Below are positions 18,574-27,893 of a stretch of DNA of 64,000 nucleotides, piece by piece. Each line of letters opens with the position of its first letter. The first letter of the stretch is position 1. The notes beneath the pieces are model-generated. The model was not told the DNA's origin and made no database searches. It saw nothing but the letters and a program-made list of their open reading frames with translations. The translations under genes were made by a program, and so were the position numbers. Source of the DNA: an uncultured Gemmatimonadaceae bacterium (GTDB taxonomy: Bacteria > Gemmatimonadota > Gemmatimonadetes > Gemmatimonadales > Gemmatimonadaceae). The stretch covers positions 32,001-96,000 of the forward strand of contig CAVUDW010000001.1 in NCBI GenBank assembly GCA_963740355.1, read 5' to 3'.

Positions 18574-20133
18574 TCAGCGCGTCGCGCTGACGCCCGCTGG
18601 GTACAAGCGATCCAGCTCGGCACCAAGGCGCACCAGAGCGGTCGGCGAGATTGCGTGGGCTTCGCCGGACGGTTCGACATAGGTCGTGACGCGTCGCCCC
18701 GTGGCCTCGCCCGCACGTTGCAGGTAGGTGAGGTACGGATCAGTCGTCGGCAAGCGGTAGCAGCAGGCGTCTTTCTCACCCCAGGTGTGGAAGGCGCCAT
18801 CGCGACCGGCGGCGGCGGCAAAGACCTCGTGCCCGATCCTGCTGAACACAGCAGGCGCGTGCTGCTCGCTGTCGCCGAGATTGTTGTCCGGATCGGTCAC
18901 GCGATACGAGTTGGGCACGCCACCGGCGATCGCCACCGCATAGGCCACCCGCTCGTCGAGCGCGGAATACATGTAGCTCGTCCAGCCACCGCCGGAGCGT
19001 CCCATGAGGATGATCGGCTCATCCGGGTGGTCTCGCACGATCCGATCGACGAGCCGTTTCGTCGGTTCGAGCATGGCCTGCATGGCCTGCAATGTCGATG
19101 GCGCGTTGGCGAACGCGGCGACATGGTGCTCCAGACCGGTTCGCCGATCAACCTCATTGCGGCCTTCCAGCACCATGTCCTGCGCGTAGACACGGAATCC
19201 GCGTGCACGGAGCCACTCGATTTCGGAGGCCGCCTGAACGGTTCCGTCGGCACCATGTCCTTCGAGCCATATAACGGACCCACGCGCACGCTCAGCTGCG
19301 GCAGCTGGCAGCTCGATCACTCGACTGAACAAACCATTCGACACCGGGACACGTAACGTGTCAGGCGCCGCAGCGGCCCCCGGCGCCCTCGTGACGGTCG
19401 CTGCAAAATCCGTCAGCCAGGGATCGTTGCTGCCCCAGATCAGCAAGCGACCAAGCTCGCGAACCACGGTTGGTGATTCGGCAGGCTGCAACGCCTCCAG
19501 GGTCGCGCCCTGGCGGAAAAGCAACACGTAGCGATCGTCGATCGACCACTGGCAACTCCACGTCCCGCCGTCATCGCCAAATGCGCCGTCGTCCTCGCGG
19601 CATGGCGTGCCGCGCCAGTCCTCGTGTTCGGCGAGCGCACGGTTCACGTCTGCGTCGTTGCAGAGCAGGAGCATGGGGGCATACCACCAGATGCCATCCC
19701 GATAGCAGGACGGGGGCGCCCCGACCGTGACGACTGTCGATTGGACGGTGCGCGCACCGACCAGCAACCGAACCTCGTAGGGTGCCCCATCACGCAACGA
19801 GTCGAGGATCATCCGCGGACGCGCCGCGTTGCTGCGCCGCCGACGCCATGCTGCGCCCGGGGTTGCCTCACGCCACATGATGGTGACCGGTGACTGGGCG
19901 GACAGGACCCATTGGGCGTAGAGCTTTCCAGAGTCGGGCACGAGTTGCAGATGGCCGCGGAACTCGCCGACGGTGGTCGCGGTCGACGGTGCTCCTCCGG
20001 CTGCCGCAGGCGCGGTCGTTTCGGCATCACACGCGACGAGGCACAATCCGAGCAGGAGGGCGAAAGCACGTGCGCGGCGTCGCGGCACGAGTGACGGTTC
20101 AGGCATTGGTGCGATAAGTATTGGCGGTCGCAA
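18574..20133 (-). CDS. Exported alpha/beta-hydrolase (esterase-like) lipoprotein
   Basis: LCLVAC lipobox; GRSGGG nucleophile elbow; candidate Asp (EKDACC) and His (AHAIS); start may be ATG 20107. Confidence 0.65.
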   Translation of the reverse strand: MRPPILIAPMPEPSLVPRRRARAFALLLGLCLVACDAETTAPAAAGGAPSTATTVGEFRGHLQLVPDSGKLYAQWVLSAQSPVTIMWREATPGAAWRRRRSNAARPRMILDSLRDGAPYEVRLLVGARTVQSTVVTVGAPPSCYRDGIWWYAPMLLLCNDADVNRALAEHEDWRGTPCREDDGAFGDDGGTWSCQWSIDDRYVLLFRQGATLEALQPAESPTVVRELGRLLIWGSNDPWLTDFAATVTRAPGAAAAPDTLRVPVSNGLFSRVIELPAAAAERARGSVIWLEGHGADGTVQAASEIEWLRARGFRVYAQDMVLEGRNEVDRRTGLEHHVAAFANAPSTLQAMQAMLEPTKRLVDRIVRDHPDEPIILMGRSGGGWTSYMYSALDERVAYAVAIAGGVPNSYRVTDPDNNLGDSEQHAPAVFSRIGHEVFAAAAGRDGAFHTWGEKDACCYRLPTTDPYLTYLQRAGEATGRRVTTYVEPSGEAHAISPTALVRLGAELDRLYPAGVSATR

Positions 20134-20288
20134 ATCTCGCGCTATTCGGTCAGCCGAGAGACGTGCTCTTGAGTGTCGGCGTCACATGCGCTTTCCTGAT
20201 CGTCGCTGACGCTGGCGATCCAGTCGAATTCCAGCGATGATGTATCACGCATACGCTCGCGACATTTCACATTCCTGTACCGCATTCC

Positions 20289-21446
20289 GTGTCTACTGAT
20301 CGCATCTACCTGTCCGTTCCGCACATGGGCGGCGACGAGCTTCCGATGATCCATCAGGCGTTCGAGTCGAACTGGCTTTCGACCGTCGGACCGCATCTGG
20401 ATGCATTCGAGCTCGAAATGTCAGCGGCGCTGGGTGGCAGTCGTCACGCCCTGGCGGTCGGCAGTGGCACGGCGGCGCTTCACCTGATACTGCGGGCGAT
20501 CGGCGTGGAGCGGGGCGATCACGTGGCCGTGTCGTCCCTCACCTTCGCCGGCTCCGTATTTCCGATTCTGTACCAAGGCGCAATTCCGGTGCTGATCGAT
20601 AGCGAAGCAGTGTCGGGGAACCTCGATCCGGCGCTGGTGCGGGAATACCTGCGCGACGCGGCACGCAGCAATCGCCTCCCCAAGGCCTTGATCGCGGTGC
20701 ATCTCTACGGACAGCACGCCGAGATCGACGAAATCGCCGCTGCGTGCGCCGAGTTCGGCGTGGCGATGGTTGAGGATGCGGCGGAATCGCTGGGCGCGAC
20801 CTATCGTGGTCGCGAGACGGGGACGACGGCACCGTACGCGCTGCTCAGCTTCAACGGCAACAAGATCATCACCACCAGCGGCGGCGGCATGGTCCTCGCC
20901 GAGGATCCTGCGCAGATCGTGCGGATGAAAAAGTGGGCGAACCAATCGCGAGAGCCCGCGGTCGAGTATCTGCACACAGAATCGGGTTACAACTATCGGT
21001 TGAGCAATGTGCTGGCCGGCATGGGACGTGGGCAGCTGCGCGTGTTGCGCGATCGCGTGTCGCAGCGGCGCGCCGTCTTCGATCGATACGTCACCGCCCT
21101 TGGTGACGCGCCCGGCCTCTCGTTCCAGGCGGAAGCACCGTGGGGCACGCACACGCGCTGGCTGAGCGTCTGCTATCTCGACGCCGAGGCGGGCGCGGCG
21201 GTGACACCACTCGAGGTGATCAATGCGCTCGCGGCGCAGAACATCGAAGCACGCCCGGTGTGGCGTCCGATGCACACGCAGCCACTCTTCGCGGGAGCAC
21301 CAGTCGTCGGCGGTGCGGTCGCCGAGCGGCTCTATCGCACCGGAATCTGCTTGCCTTCGTCATCGAGTCTTTCGACCGGCGATCAGGACCGCGTCATCGC
21401 ACTGATTCAGGAGACGATGGCGACACCGGCGTCTCGTAGCCGATGA
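20289..21446 (+). CDS. DegT/DnrJ/EryC1/StrS PLP aminotransferase (PglE/EpsN-like)
   Basis: IYLSVPHMG, SGTAALHL, EDAAESLG, SFNGNKIITTSGGG, GYNYRLSN, CLPS. Confidence 0.93.
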   Translation: MSTDRIYLSVPHMGGDELPMIHQAFESNWLSTVGPHLDAFELEMSAALGGSRHALAVGSGTAALHLILRAIGVERGDHVAVSSLTFAGSVFPILYQGAIPVLIDSEAVSGNLDPALVREYLRDAARSNRLPKALIAVHLYGQHAEIDEIAAACAEFGVAMVEDAAESLGATYRGRETGTTAPYALLSFNGNKIITTSGGGMVLAEDPAQIVRMKKWANQSREPAVEYLHTESGYNYRLSNVLAGMGRGQLRVLRDRVSQRRAVFDRYVTALGDAPGLSFQAEAPWGTHTRWLSVCYLDAEAGAAVTPLEVINALAAQNIEARPVWRPMHTQPLFAGAPVVGGAVAERLYRTGICLPSSSSLSTGDQDRVIALIQETMATPASRSR

Positions 21447-22035
21447 ATTCCGGCATGGTGGCGTCGCCAGCAGCGGCGATGCCATCCCGCACGAAGACAG
21501 CCCGAATCGTGCGCCAGAGCACTGCGATGTCGAGCGCCAGCGAACACTCGTCGACATACTGAACATCGAGATCGAACTTGGCGGCCCAGCCAATGGCGTT
21601 CCGACCCGAGACCTGGGCCAGGCCCGTCAAGCCGGGCCTCGTCTCGTGTCGTCGACGATGTCGCGATGAGTATCGCGGCAGGTATTGCGGGAGCAGCGGT
21701 CGCGGGCCGACCAGGCTCATGTCGCCACGCAGGACGTTGAGCAATTCGGGAAGCTCGTCCAATGACGATGCCCGCAGCCTGCGACCGAAGGGCGTCAATC
21801 GCTCGGAGTCCGAGAGTAGTGCGCCCGTCGCATCTCGCGCATCGGTCATGGAGCGGAACTTGATCATGCCGAACTCGCGGTCACCGCGGCCGATGCGCCG
21901 CTGCCGGAACAGCACCGGGCTGCCGATGCGCTGCCGCACGAGCAGCGCCACATAGGCCATGATCGGCAGCCAGAGGGGCGCCGAGCCGATGACCAGGACG
22001 AGATCGAAAAACCGCTTGCCGCGATAGCCTGACAT
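21394..22035 (-). CDS. Small monotopic phosphoglycosyltransferase (PglC/EpsL-like)
   Basis: KRFFDL, GSPVLFRQ, KFRSMTD, SLDELPEL, VGPRPLL, GLAQVSGRN, MPEF. Confidence 0.92.
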   Translation of the reverse strand: MSGYRGKRFFDLVLVIGSAPLWLPIMAYVALLVRQRIGSPVLFRQRRIGRGDREFGMIKFRSMTDARDATGALLSDSERLTPFGRRLRASSLDELPELLNVLRGDMSLVGPRPLLPQYLPRYSSRHRRRHETRPGLTGLAQVSGRNAIGWAAKFDLDVQYVDECSLALDIAVLWRTIRAVFVRDGIAAAGDATMPEFIGYETPVSPSSPESVR

Positions 22036-22041
22036 GGAGCG

Positions 22042-22047
22042 AAGCTA
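22042..22047 (-). promoter_or_regulatory. -10 hexamer TAGCTT, leaderless-type promoter of the PglC-like gene
   Basis: TAGCTT-CGCTCC-ATG (6-nt spacer), no SD. Confidence 0.55.
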
Positions 22048-22161
22048 ATGCGATTCGTGAATATCGCGGCGCGTGCGACTGGTTCGCTGTCGGCTGTTCG
22101 GCTAACCTTGGGTGTTGCGTCCTGACGGGTCCCCACAGGCGATTTCCCCTCTCCGCGAGCC

Positions 22162-22356
22162 ATGGCGCAAGACGCCTTCGTGCGCATTGACGATCGAAAG
22201 TCGGAGCCGTGGAAGGACGTCAACGAGGCCATCCGCGCCGGCACCGCACGACACCTCAACCCCGGGGAATCGCTCGACTGTGAAGTGCGCGTGGTTCTAT
22301 TTGAAGGGAGCGATCCGCTCAATGGCTTCACCGACGATGGCAGCCCCCTGCGATGA
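22162..22356 (+). CDS. 64-aa ORF, possibly a C-terminal remnant of a galactose-mutarotase/aldose-epimerase-like protein
   Basis: Coding-like GC3; ATGA overlap with next gene; EPW...EAIRAGTARHLNPGESLDCEVRV resembles the terminal strands of mutarotase-fold proteins. Confidence 0.5.
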   Translation: MAQDAFVRIDDRKSEPWKDVNEAIRAGTARHLNPGESLDCEVRVVLFEGSDPLNGFTDDGSPLR

Positions 22357-23327
22357 GCTTCGTGTCTCCAGCTTCCGATGTGACGAACGTCTCCCCTGCG
22401 ATACAGGCGCTGCTGCCGGCGCTCGCCTGCCCGACCTGCCGCTCACCACTCTCGGCGACCGGTACATCGCTGACGTGCACGGCCTGCGGTCAGGTGTACC
22501 CCGTCAGCGGCGATGTGCCCGTGCTCCTCGATCCGGCATCCAAGGCTGAGATCGCTGGATTTCGGAGCGACGCCGAAAACGTGAAGCTCCGGCAGCAGCT
22601 GACCTCAGGCGGGCTCGCCAAGATCGTCGACCTGATCCGGCCTCCACACCCGTTTGCGTATACGCGGCGGACGGTCAACCACGCCAAGCGCATTGCCTTC
22701 TCCCAGCTCGCGGCAGCCAGCGCAGGGCGATCGGATGCTCGGTTTCTCGACATCGGCAGTGGAATTCTCGGTGGCCTGAACCACTCCGGTCTCTCCGCCC
22801 ACGTGCGGTCGCACCTCATGCCGCTCGAGATCGCACCAACGAGTGGCGTCGGTGTCGTGGGCGACGCGCACAAGCTGCCATTCAAGGATAGCAGCCTCGA
22901 CGGGGCGCTGATTCAGGGCGTCATGGAGCATGTCCGCGATCCCATTCAGGTCGTTGCCGAGATCTACCGGACGCTGAAGCCTGGCGCGCCGGTCTTTGCC
23001 GAGGTGCCATTCATTCAGCACTACCACCTCGATCCAGTCGACTACCGCCGATGGACGCACTACGGCTTCGAGCATCTCTTTGCCGAGTTCACGGTTGATG
23101 ATGTCGGGGTGGCGGCCGGTCCGGCCTCGGCCCTGACCGACATGCTGACGGAGTTTCCGGCGCTGTTGTTCTCATCGCCCGCCCTCTATTGGGGGACGAA
23201 ACTGGTCAGTGGCTGGCTCTTTTCCCCGCTGCAGCTCCTCGACGCGATCTGGGTGCGAGCGCCACGGTCGCACGTGATGGCCGGCGCCGTCTACTTTCTC
23301 GGCCGCAAACCGGGAGAGACGGCGTGA
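22353..23327 (+). CDS. Class I SAM methyltransferase with N-terminal Trm112-like Zn-finger
   Basis: LACPTCRSPL..CTACGQVYPV; FLDIGSG; GDAHKLPF; EHV; PF...H..P.DY.RWT. Confidence 0.88.
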   Translation: MSFVSPASDVTNVSPAIQALLPALACPTCRSPLSATGTSLTCTACGQVYPVSGDVPVLLDPASKAEIAGFRSDAENVKLRQQLTSGGLAKIVDLIRPPHPFAYTRRTVNHAKRIAFSQLAAASAGRSDARFLDIGSGILGGLNHSGLSAHVRSHLMPLEIAPTSGVGVVGDAHKLPFKDSSLDGALIQGVMEHVRDPIQVVAEIYRTLKPGAPVFAEVPFIQHYHLDPVDYRRWTHYGFEHLFAEFTVDDVGVAAGPASALTDMLTEFPALLFSSPALYWGTKLVSGWLFSPLQLLDAIWVRAPRSHVMAGAVYFLGRKPGETA

Positions 23328-24106
23328 AGGGACTTCGTGGTCGCGTCGCATTCGTCACCGGCGCCGCGCAGGGCATTGGACGAGGGATTGCATTGCGCCT
23401 GGCTGAAGAGGGTATGGCGGTCGCACTGGCCGACATCAACGGTGAAGCGGTGATCGAGGCCGCGATCCTGATCGGCGAAGCCACTGGTGCCCGCACACTC
23501 GCGATCCCAGTCGACGTCAGCGACGAGACGGCCGTTCCGTCAGCAATTGCCGAGTGCGTGCGGGAACTCGGTGGTCTCGACGCACTGGTCAACAACGCAG
23601 GGATCGACATCAGCAGCGGTCCAGAGGCGATGACGCGCGCGATCTGGAATCGCGTGCACGACGTGAATCTGTGGGCACCGATGTTGCTGACGCGCGAGGC
23701 GCTCGAGCCGCTGTCGGCACGCCGCGGCACGGTCGTCAATATCGCATCCACACACGCTTTCATCACTGAAGCCGGCCGTACCTCGTACGCAGCGGCGAAG
23801 GCCGGCGTCGGCGGCCTGACGCGTGCCCTCGCACTCGACCTCGGGCCACGTGGCATTCGCGTGAACGCCGTGCTCCCTGGTTACGTGCAGACGCCGATCT
23901 GGAATCTCTGGCTGGACGAAGCGCCCGACCCCACAGCGTTGCTCGAGACCATTGCGGCGCATCACCCGATTCGCCGGCTCGGCACACCAGCCGACGTGGC
24001 AGGCCTGGTGGCCTTCCTCTGCAGTGACGATGCCGGATTCATCACCGGGGCGTCGTATCTCGTGGACGGCGGCTACACGGTGCAGGCGCACACGCCGCAG
24101 CCATGA
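23324..24106 (+). CDS. Short-chain dehydrogenase/reductase
   Basis: TGAAQGIG, NNAG, YAAAK, VNAVLPG, VDGG; GTG start overlapping the upstream stop. Confidence 0.92.
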   Translation: MKGLRGRVAFVTGAAQGIGRGIALRLAEEGMAVALADINGEAVIEAAILIGEATGARTLAIPVDVSDETAVPSAIAECVRELGGLDALVNNAGIDISSGPEAMTRAIWNRVHDVNLWAPMLLTREALEPLSARRGTVVNIASTHAFITEAGRTSYAAAKAGVGGLTRALALDLGPRGIRVNAVLPGYVQTPIWNLWLDEAPDPTALLETIAAHHPIRRLGTPADVAGLVAFLCSDDAGFITGASYLVDGGYTVQAHTPQP

Positions 24107-25086
24107 CGACGTCCGCATCGTCATGGGTCGGCAAACGAGCGCTCGTGACCGGCGGTCTTGGCTTCACGGGCAACGCAGTCGTCCGTCGCCTGCGCCAGGC
24201 TGGCGCGTCAGTTCGTGTGCTCGATGCGTTGCTACCGCAGGGCGGAGGGAGTCCGCGCAACCTGCGTGGCGTGTCGGATGGTGTAGACGTGATCATCGAT
24301 GACACTCGATCGCGCGACGCCGTGGATCGTGCGGTTCGTGACTGCGATGTCGTGTTTCATCTCGCTGGCCATGCAGGATTCTCCGCGCTGGCGCCGGACT
24401 GGTACTCGGAAATCGACTCGGCGTGCCTTGGCACGCTCAATGTCCTCGAGGCCATTCGAGTGCACGCGCCACGCGCACGCATGGTGTTTGGCAGCGCGCT
24501 CGCCGTGTACGGACGCCCGGCGGAGCTTCCGGTGCGCGAGGACGCGCCGACCGAGCCACTTACGCTGTTCGGCGTGCACAAGCTTGCCGGCGAGAAATAC
24601 TGCAGCGTGTACCACTCACAGCACGGTGTGCGCACCGTGTCGGCGCGTATCGCGGGGCTCTTCGGGCCGCGACAGCGACTGACAGGTGCCGCGAATGGCA
24701 CGATCGCGAATGCCCTCGATGCGGCCATCCACGAGGAAGTCATCCTGTTGCCGGACGACGGCGCACCGATGCTCGACATGTTGCACGTCGATGACGCGGT
24801 GACGGCTCTCCTGGCGTTGGCACAGGCGCCGGAGTGCATCGACGGCTTGGCCGTGAATGTCGGCCGCGGTTCGGGGCATACGCTGCGCGAGTTCTCTGAG
24901 TTGCTCATCGCGGCCGTCGGGCGCGGCACCGTCCGCGACCTGCCTGCCGCGGGCAGCGCTGGTGCGAGCATCGTGACCGACGTGTCGCGACTGCGTGGCA
25001 TCATGCCGGAATGGGCGCCAGCACCGCTTGCCGATCGGCTTGCGGCGACGGTGCGCTGGTATCGCGGTGAGGATGATGCTGCATAG
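24103..25086 (+). CDS. NAD-dependent epimerase/dehydratase (extended SDR), atypical catalytic motif
   Basis: TGGLGFTG, FHLAG, GTLNVLEA, FGVHK in place of YxxxK, FGPRQ. Confidence 0.85.
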   Translation: MTTSASSWVGKRALVTGGLGFTGNAVVRRLRQAGASVRVLDALLPQGGGSPRNLRGVSDGVDVIIDDTRSRDAVDRAVRDCDVVFHLAGHAGFSALAPDWYSEIDSACLGTLNVLEAIRVHAPRARMVFGSALAVYGRPAELPVREDAPTEPLTLFGVHKLAGEKYCSVYHSQHGVRTVSARIAGLFGPRQRLTGAANGTIANALDAAIHEEVILLPDDGAPMLDMLHVDDAVTALLALAQAPECIDGLAVNVGRGSGHTLREFSELLIAAVGRGTVRDLPAAGSAGASIVTDVSRLRGIMPEWAPAPLADRLAATVRWYRGEDDAA

Positions 25087-25687
25087 CCTGCAGCGGAGCG
25101 TCTTTCTCCGCCCTCGCGAGCGATTCCATGAACTCCTCGCGCTGCAACAGATCGCCATCGGCGTCCGCGATGGCGCGCAACCAGGCAATGATCGACTTGC
25201 CGATCAGCGCACGATGGCTGGCCACCTGCAGGAACTGTTGCAGCGTGGCCTGGTGGCGGCGAGCGACACTGCCGACGGCGTGTCGTACACGCTCACCGAC
25301 ACCGGCCGGAAGCGCCTGCGCATGCTGACGGTTGATCTGGCGCGCGAGCTTGAATCCTTGCAGGAGGCGACTCGCTCGATGGTGCGGGCAACGCTCGTTC
25401 CCCTCGCGCTCGAGGGTGTGCAACGCGTGGTCTTCTATCCATTCGGTGAAACGGCGGAAATGGCGTACGCCGTCGTTGCCGGGCTTGGCATGGACGTGAT
25501 CGGGATCGTGGATGATTCACCGCGAAAGTGGGGCGCGCGCTTTCACGGACTGCAGGTGCAGCCAGCGGCCGCGCTGCCCAGCCTAGCGCCCGACGCCGTG
25601 CTCGTCACGTCCGCTGTTTTTCAGGAGGCGATCCTGACGAAACTCGCCGCAATGCCGCTGGATGGTATTCGCATCCACGTGATCTGA
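25073..25687 (+). CDS. Winged-helix (MarR-like) regulator fused to Rossmann-like C-terminal domain
   Basis: HLQELLQRGLV..YTLTDTGR wing; VVFYPFGETAE, IVDD, PDAVLVTS Rossmann-like tail. Confidence 0.7.
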   Translation: MMLHSLQRSVFLRPRERFHELLALQQIAIGVRDGAQPGNDRLADQRTMAGHLQELLQRGLVAASDTADGVSYTLTDTGRKRLRMLTVDLARELESLQEATRSMVRATLVPLALEGVQRVVFYPFGETAEMAYAVVAGLGMDVIGIVDDSPRKWGARFHGLQVQPAAALPSLAPDAVLVTSAVFQEAILTKLAAMPLDGIRIHVI

Positions 25688-25691
25688 CCTC

Positions 25692-27893
25692 GTGGACGCG
25701 TCACTCCTCCCGATCGTCGCGGCAGCCACCGACCATCGCCTGACGATCCATGTCGGCACGTCCGCGTCGCTGGCTGCGCTATCGCTGTCGGTCACACTCC
25801 TGCATCGTGACGGACGCGTTGAATCGATCTCGAATTGGGGCGCGTTGGATGCACGCTCCGCAGCGTCGCTGGATTCGTCAACCGCCGTCGTGCTGCAGTG
25901 GGACGCGTGCGGCGACGGGATGCAAGTCGCCGCCACGATCACGAACAAGAGCGGGGCGGCGCTGACCCTCGAACAGCTGGATCTCCGTGTCGGCGGGATG
26001 GCGCAGTGGTGGGCTGTGCATGACACCGTACCGGCGGGCCTTCGCGTGGCATACTGCGGCGCGCATTCGCGATCGCAGACCAGTCGCAGTTTCGTCACAC
26101 AATTGCGCGACGACACTGCCCTCGAGTCGTGGTGGGTGGGCGCGCTGAGCGGCGCGACAGGTCCCGGCATCGTGCTTGGCGGCATGCGGCCAGAGCGCTT
26201 CGTCACACGAGTCCGTGTCGATAGTGACGCACTGTCGGCCGAAATTCCGCTCGAGCAGTGGACGCTGTCGCCCGGCGAGTCCGTCACGATCGATCCACTC
26301 TGGATCGGTGCGACGAGAGACGCTCCCCTTCTGGCGCTCGAGCGATTTGCCGAGCTTCTGGGTGCGGCGCAGTCGGCGCGACTGGCCGTCTCACCGCCAT
26401 CGGGTTGGGGCAGCTGGGGCCACTGGCTCGAGCGCATCGATGCCGGGTTGATGCGCGAGATGGTCCACGCGATCGATGGCAGCGCAGCCCTCCGGAACGT
26501 CATCGACATCGTGCAGATCGACGATGGGTGGTCCGAGTTGCTGGAATCACGTCGGGTGTCGGCGTCGTGGCGACCCAATCCGCGCTTTCCTTCGGGGCTT
26601 GCTCCGCTTGCAACGGAAATCGCCCGCACGGGCCGTCGCTGTGGTCTGTGGATCCTGCCCTTCACGGTCAACGCTGGCTCCGCAATCGTGGAGACGCACC
26701 CGGAGTGGCTGGTGCGCGATGAACACGGCGCGCCACAGCGTGTCGGTGGTAGCGAAGCGTATTGTCTCGATCCCACGCATCCCGATGCGGCGGCATGGCT
26801 GACCGAGCTCCTGCATCGGTTCGGCGACTGGGGGATCGATTACATCAAGCTCGACTTCCTGCGGGCGCTGCTCGCGCCGGACCCAGCCGAGTCGGACGAT
26901 TCGTTCCGTGAGCCGCGGCGCTATCACGCCGCCCGCACGCGTCTCGAGGCGTATCGCGCGGGGTTGGCCGTGATTCGTGCGGCGGTGGGCGACGCGACGA
27001 CGATAGTCGCCTGCTCTGCGCCAGCAGCGGCCGGCGTTGGCCTGATCGACTGTCATCGCATCGGTCCAGACATCGAGCGGGGTTGGACTGGCCGGCTGGC
27101 AGGCGTTCGTGACGCAGCGCGAGCTGTCGCGGCGAACTGGTTCTGGCAGTCACGGACTTGGGTGAACGATCCCGACTACCTGCTCGTGTGTGAATCGGAA
27201 GCGCTGACACGGTTCTGGGCCACGGTGGTCGCACTGAGCGGCGGTTCGGTGATCCTGAGCGCCGATCTGAGCACGATGTCGCCGTGGGCGGAAGCCATGC
27301 TGGCCTTCGTCCTGCCGCCGGTCGGCCGCTCCGCCCGTCCCCTCGACCTGTTCTCCCGTGGCCCTGAGCCGCGGCGCTGGGCGCTGCCGTTCGAACGCGA
27401 CGGCGAACGCTGGATGATGCTCGGGCTGCTGAATTGGGGTGATCGACCGATCGCAGAGCGCGTGGCCCCGACCGAGCTGCAGCTCGACGCACCACTGCAT
27501 GTCTGGGACGCCTGGCGCCAGCGGCATTCGATCGCTGAAACTGCGATCACAGTCCCGATCGAGGCGCAGTCCGCCGCGCTGCTGCGTTTGACGCCGGTTA
27601 CCGATGTGCCGACGATGATTGGTTCCGAGATTCACTGGGCCCAAGGGTGGATCGAGCTTCTCAGTGCGCGATTCGACGTGACCACCGGCGTCATGCGCAT
27701 CGTGCCGTCACCGATGGTGCCGCGGGCAGGTCGGATCTGGATCTGGGTGCCGGACGGTTGGGCACTCGAGCGAGGCGCCGTCGCAGGTGGCAAACAACTC
27801 GCGGTGGTCATGATCGATGGCCCGACCGAGGCAGTGATTATCTTTTCCCGCTCCACCACCGCCCCACTCGAGAGGACAACGCGTGTTAGTTGA
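25692..27893 (+). CDS. Alpha-galactosidase-like glycoside hydrolase (GH36/clan D), cytoplasmic
   Basis: PSGWGSW, QIDDGW, RFPSGL, GLWILPF, LDPTHP, YIKLDFL, RIGPD, WVNDPD; no signal peptide. Confidence 0.88.
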   Translation: MDASLLPIVAAATDHRLTIHVGTSASLAALSLSVTLLHRDGRVESISNWGALDARSAASLDSSTAVVLQWDACGDGMQVAATITNKSGAALTLEQLDLRVGGMAQWWAVHDTVPAGLRVAYCGAHSRSQTSRSFVTQLRDDTALESWWVGALSGATGPGIVLGGMRPERFVTRVRVDSDALSAEIPLEQWTLSPGESVTIDPLWIGATRDAPLLALERFAELLGAAQSARLAVSPPSGWGSWGHWLERIDAGLMREMVHAIDGSAALRNVIDIVQIDDGWSELLESRRVSASWRPNPRFPSGLAPLATEIARTGRRCGLWILPFTVNAGSAIVETHPEWLVRDEHGAPQRVGGSEAYCLDPTHPDAAAWLTELLHRFGDWGIDYIKLDFLRALLAPDPAESDDSFREPRRYHAARTRLEAYRAGLAVIRAAVGDATTIVACSAPAAAGVGLIDCHRIGPDIERGWTGRLAGVRDAARAVAANWFWQSRTWVNDPDYLLVCESEALTRFWATVVALSGGSVILSADLSTMSPWAEAMLAFVLPPVGRSARPLDLFSRGPEPRRWALPFERDGERWMMLGLLNWGDRPIAERVAPTELQLDAPLHVWDAWRQRHSIAETAITVPIEAQSAALLRLTPVTDVPTMIGSEIHWAQGWIELLSARFDVTTGVMRIVPSPMVPRAGRIWIWVPDGWALERGAVAGGKQLAVVMIDGPTEAVIIFSRSTTAPLERTTRVS

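Noticed and set aside
22162..23327. RiPP precursor with tailoring methyltransferase
   Set aside because: No leader/core pattern, RRE, protease or transporter; neighbours are sugar and acyl-CoA enzymes
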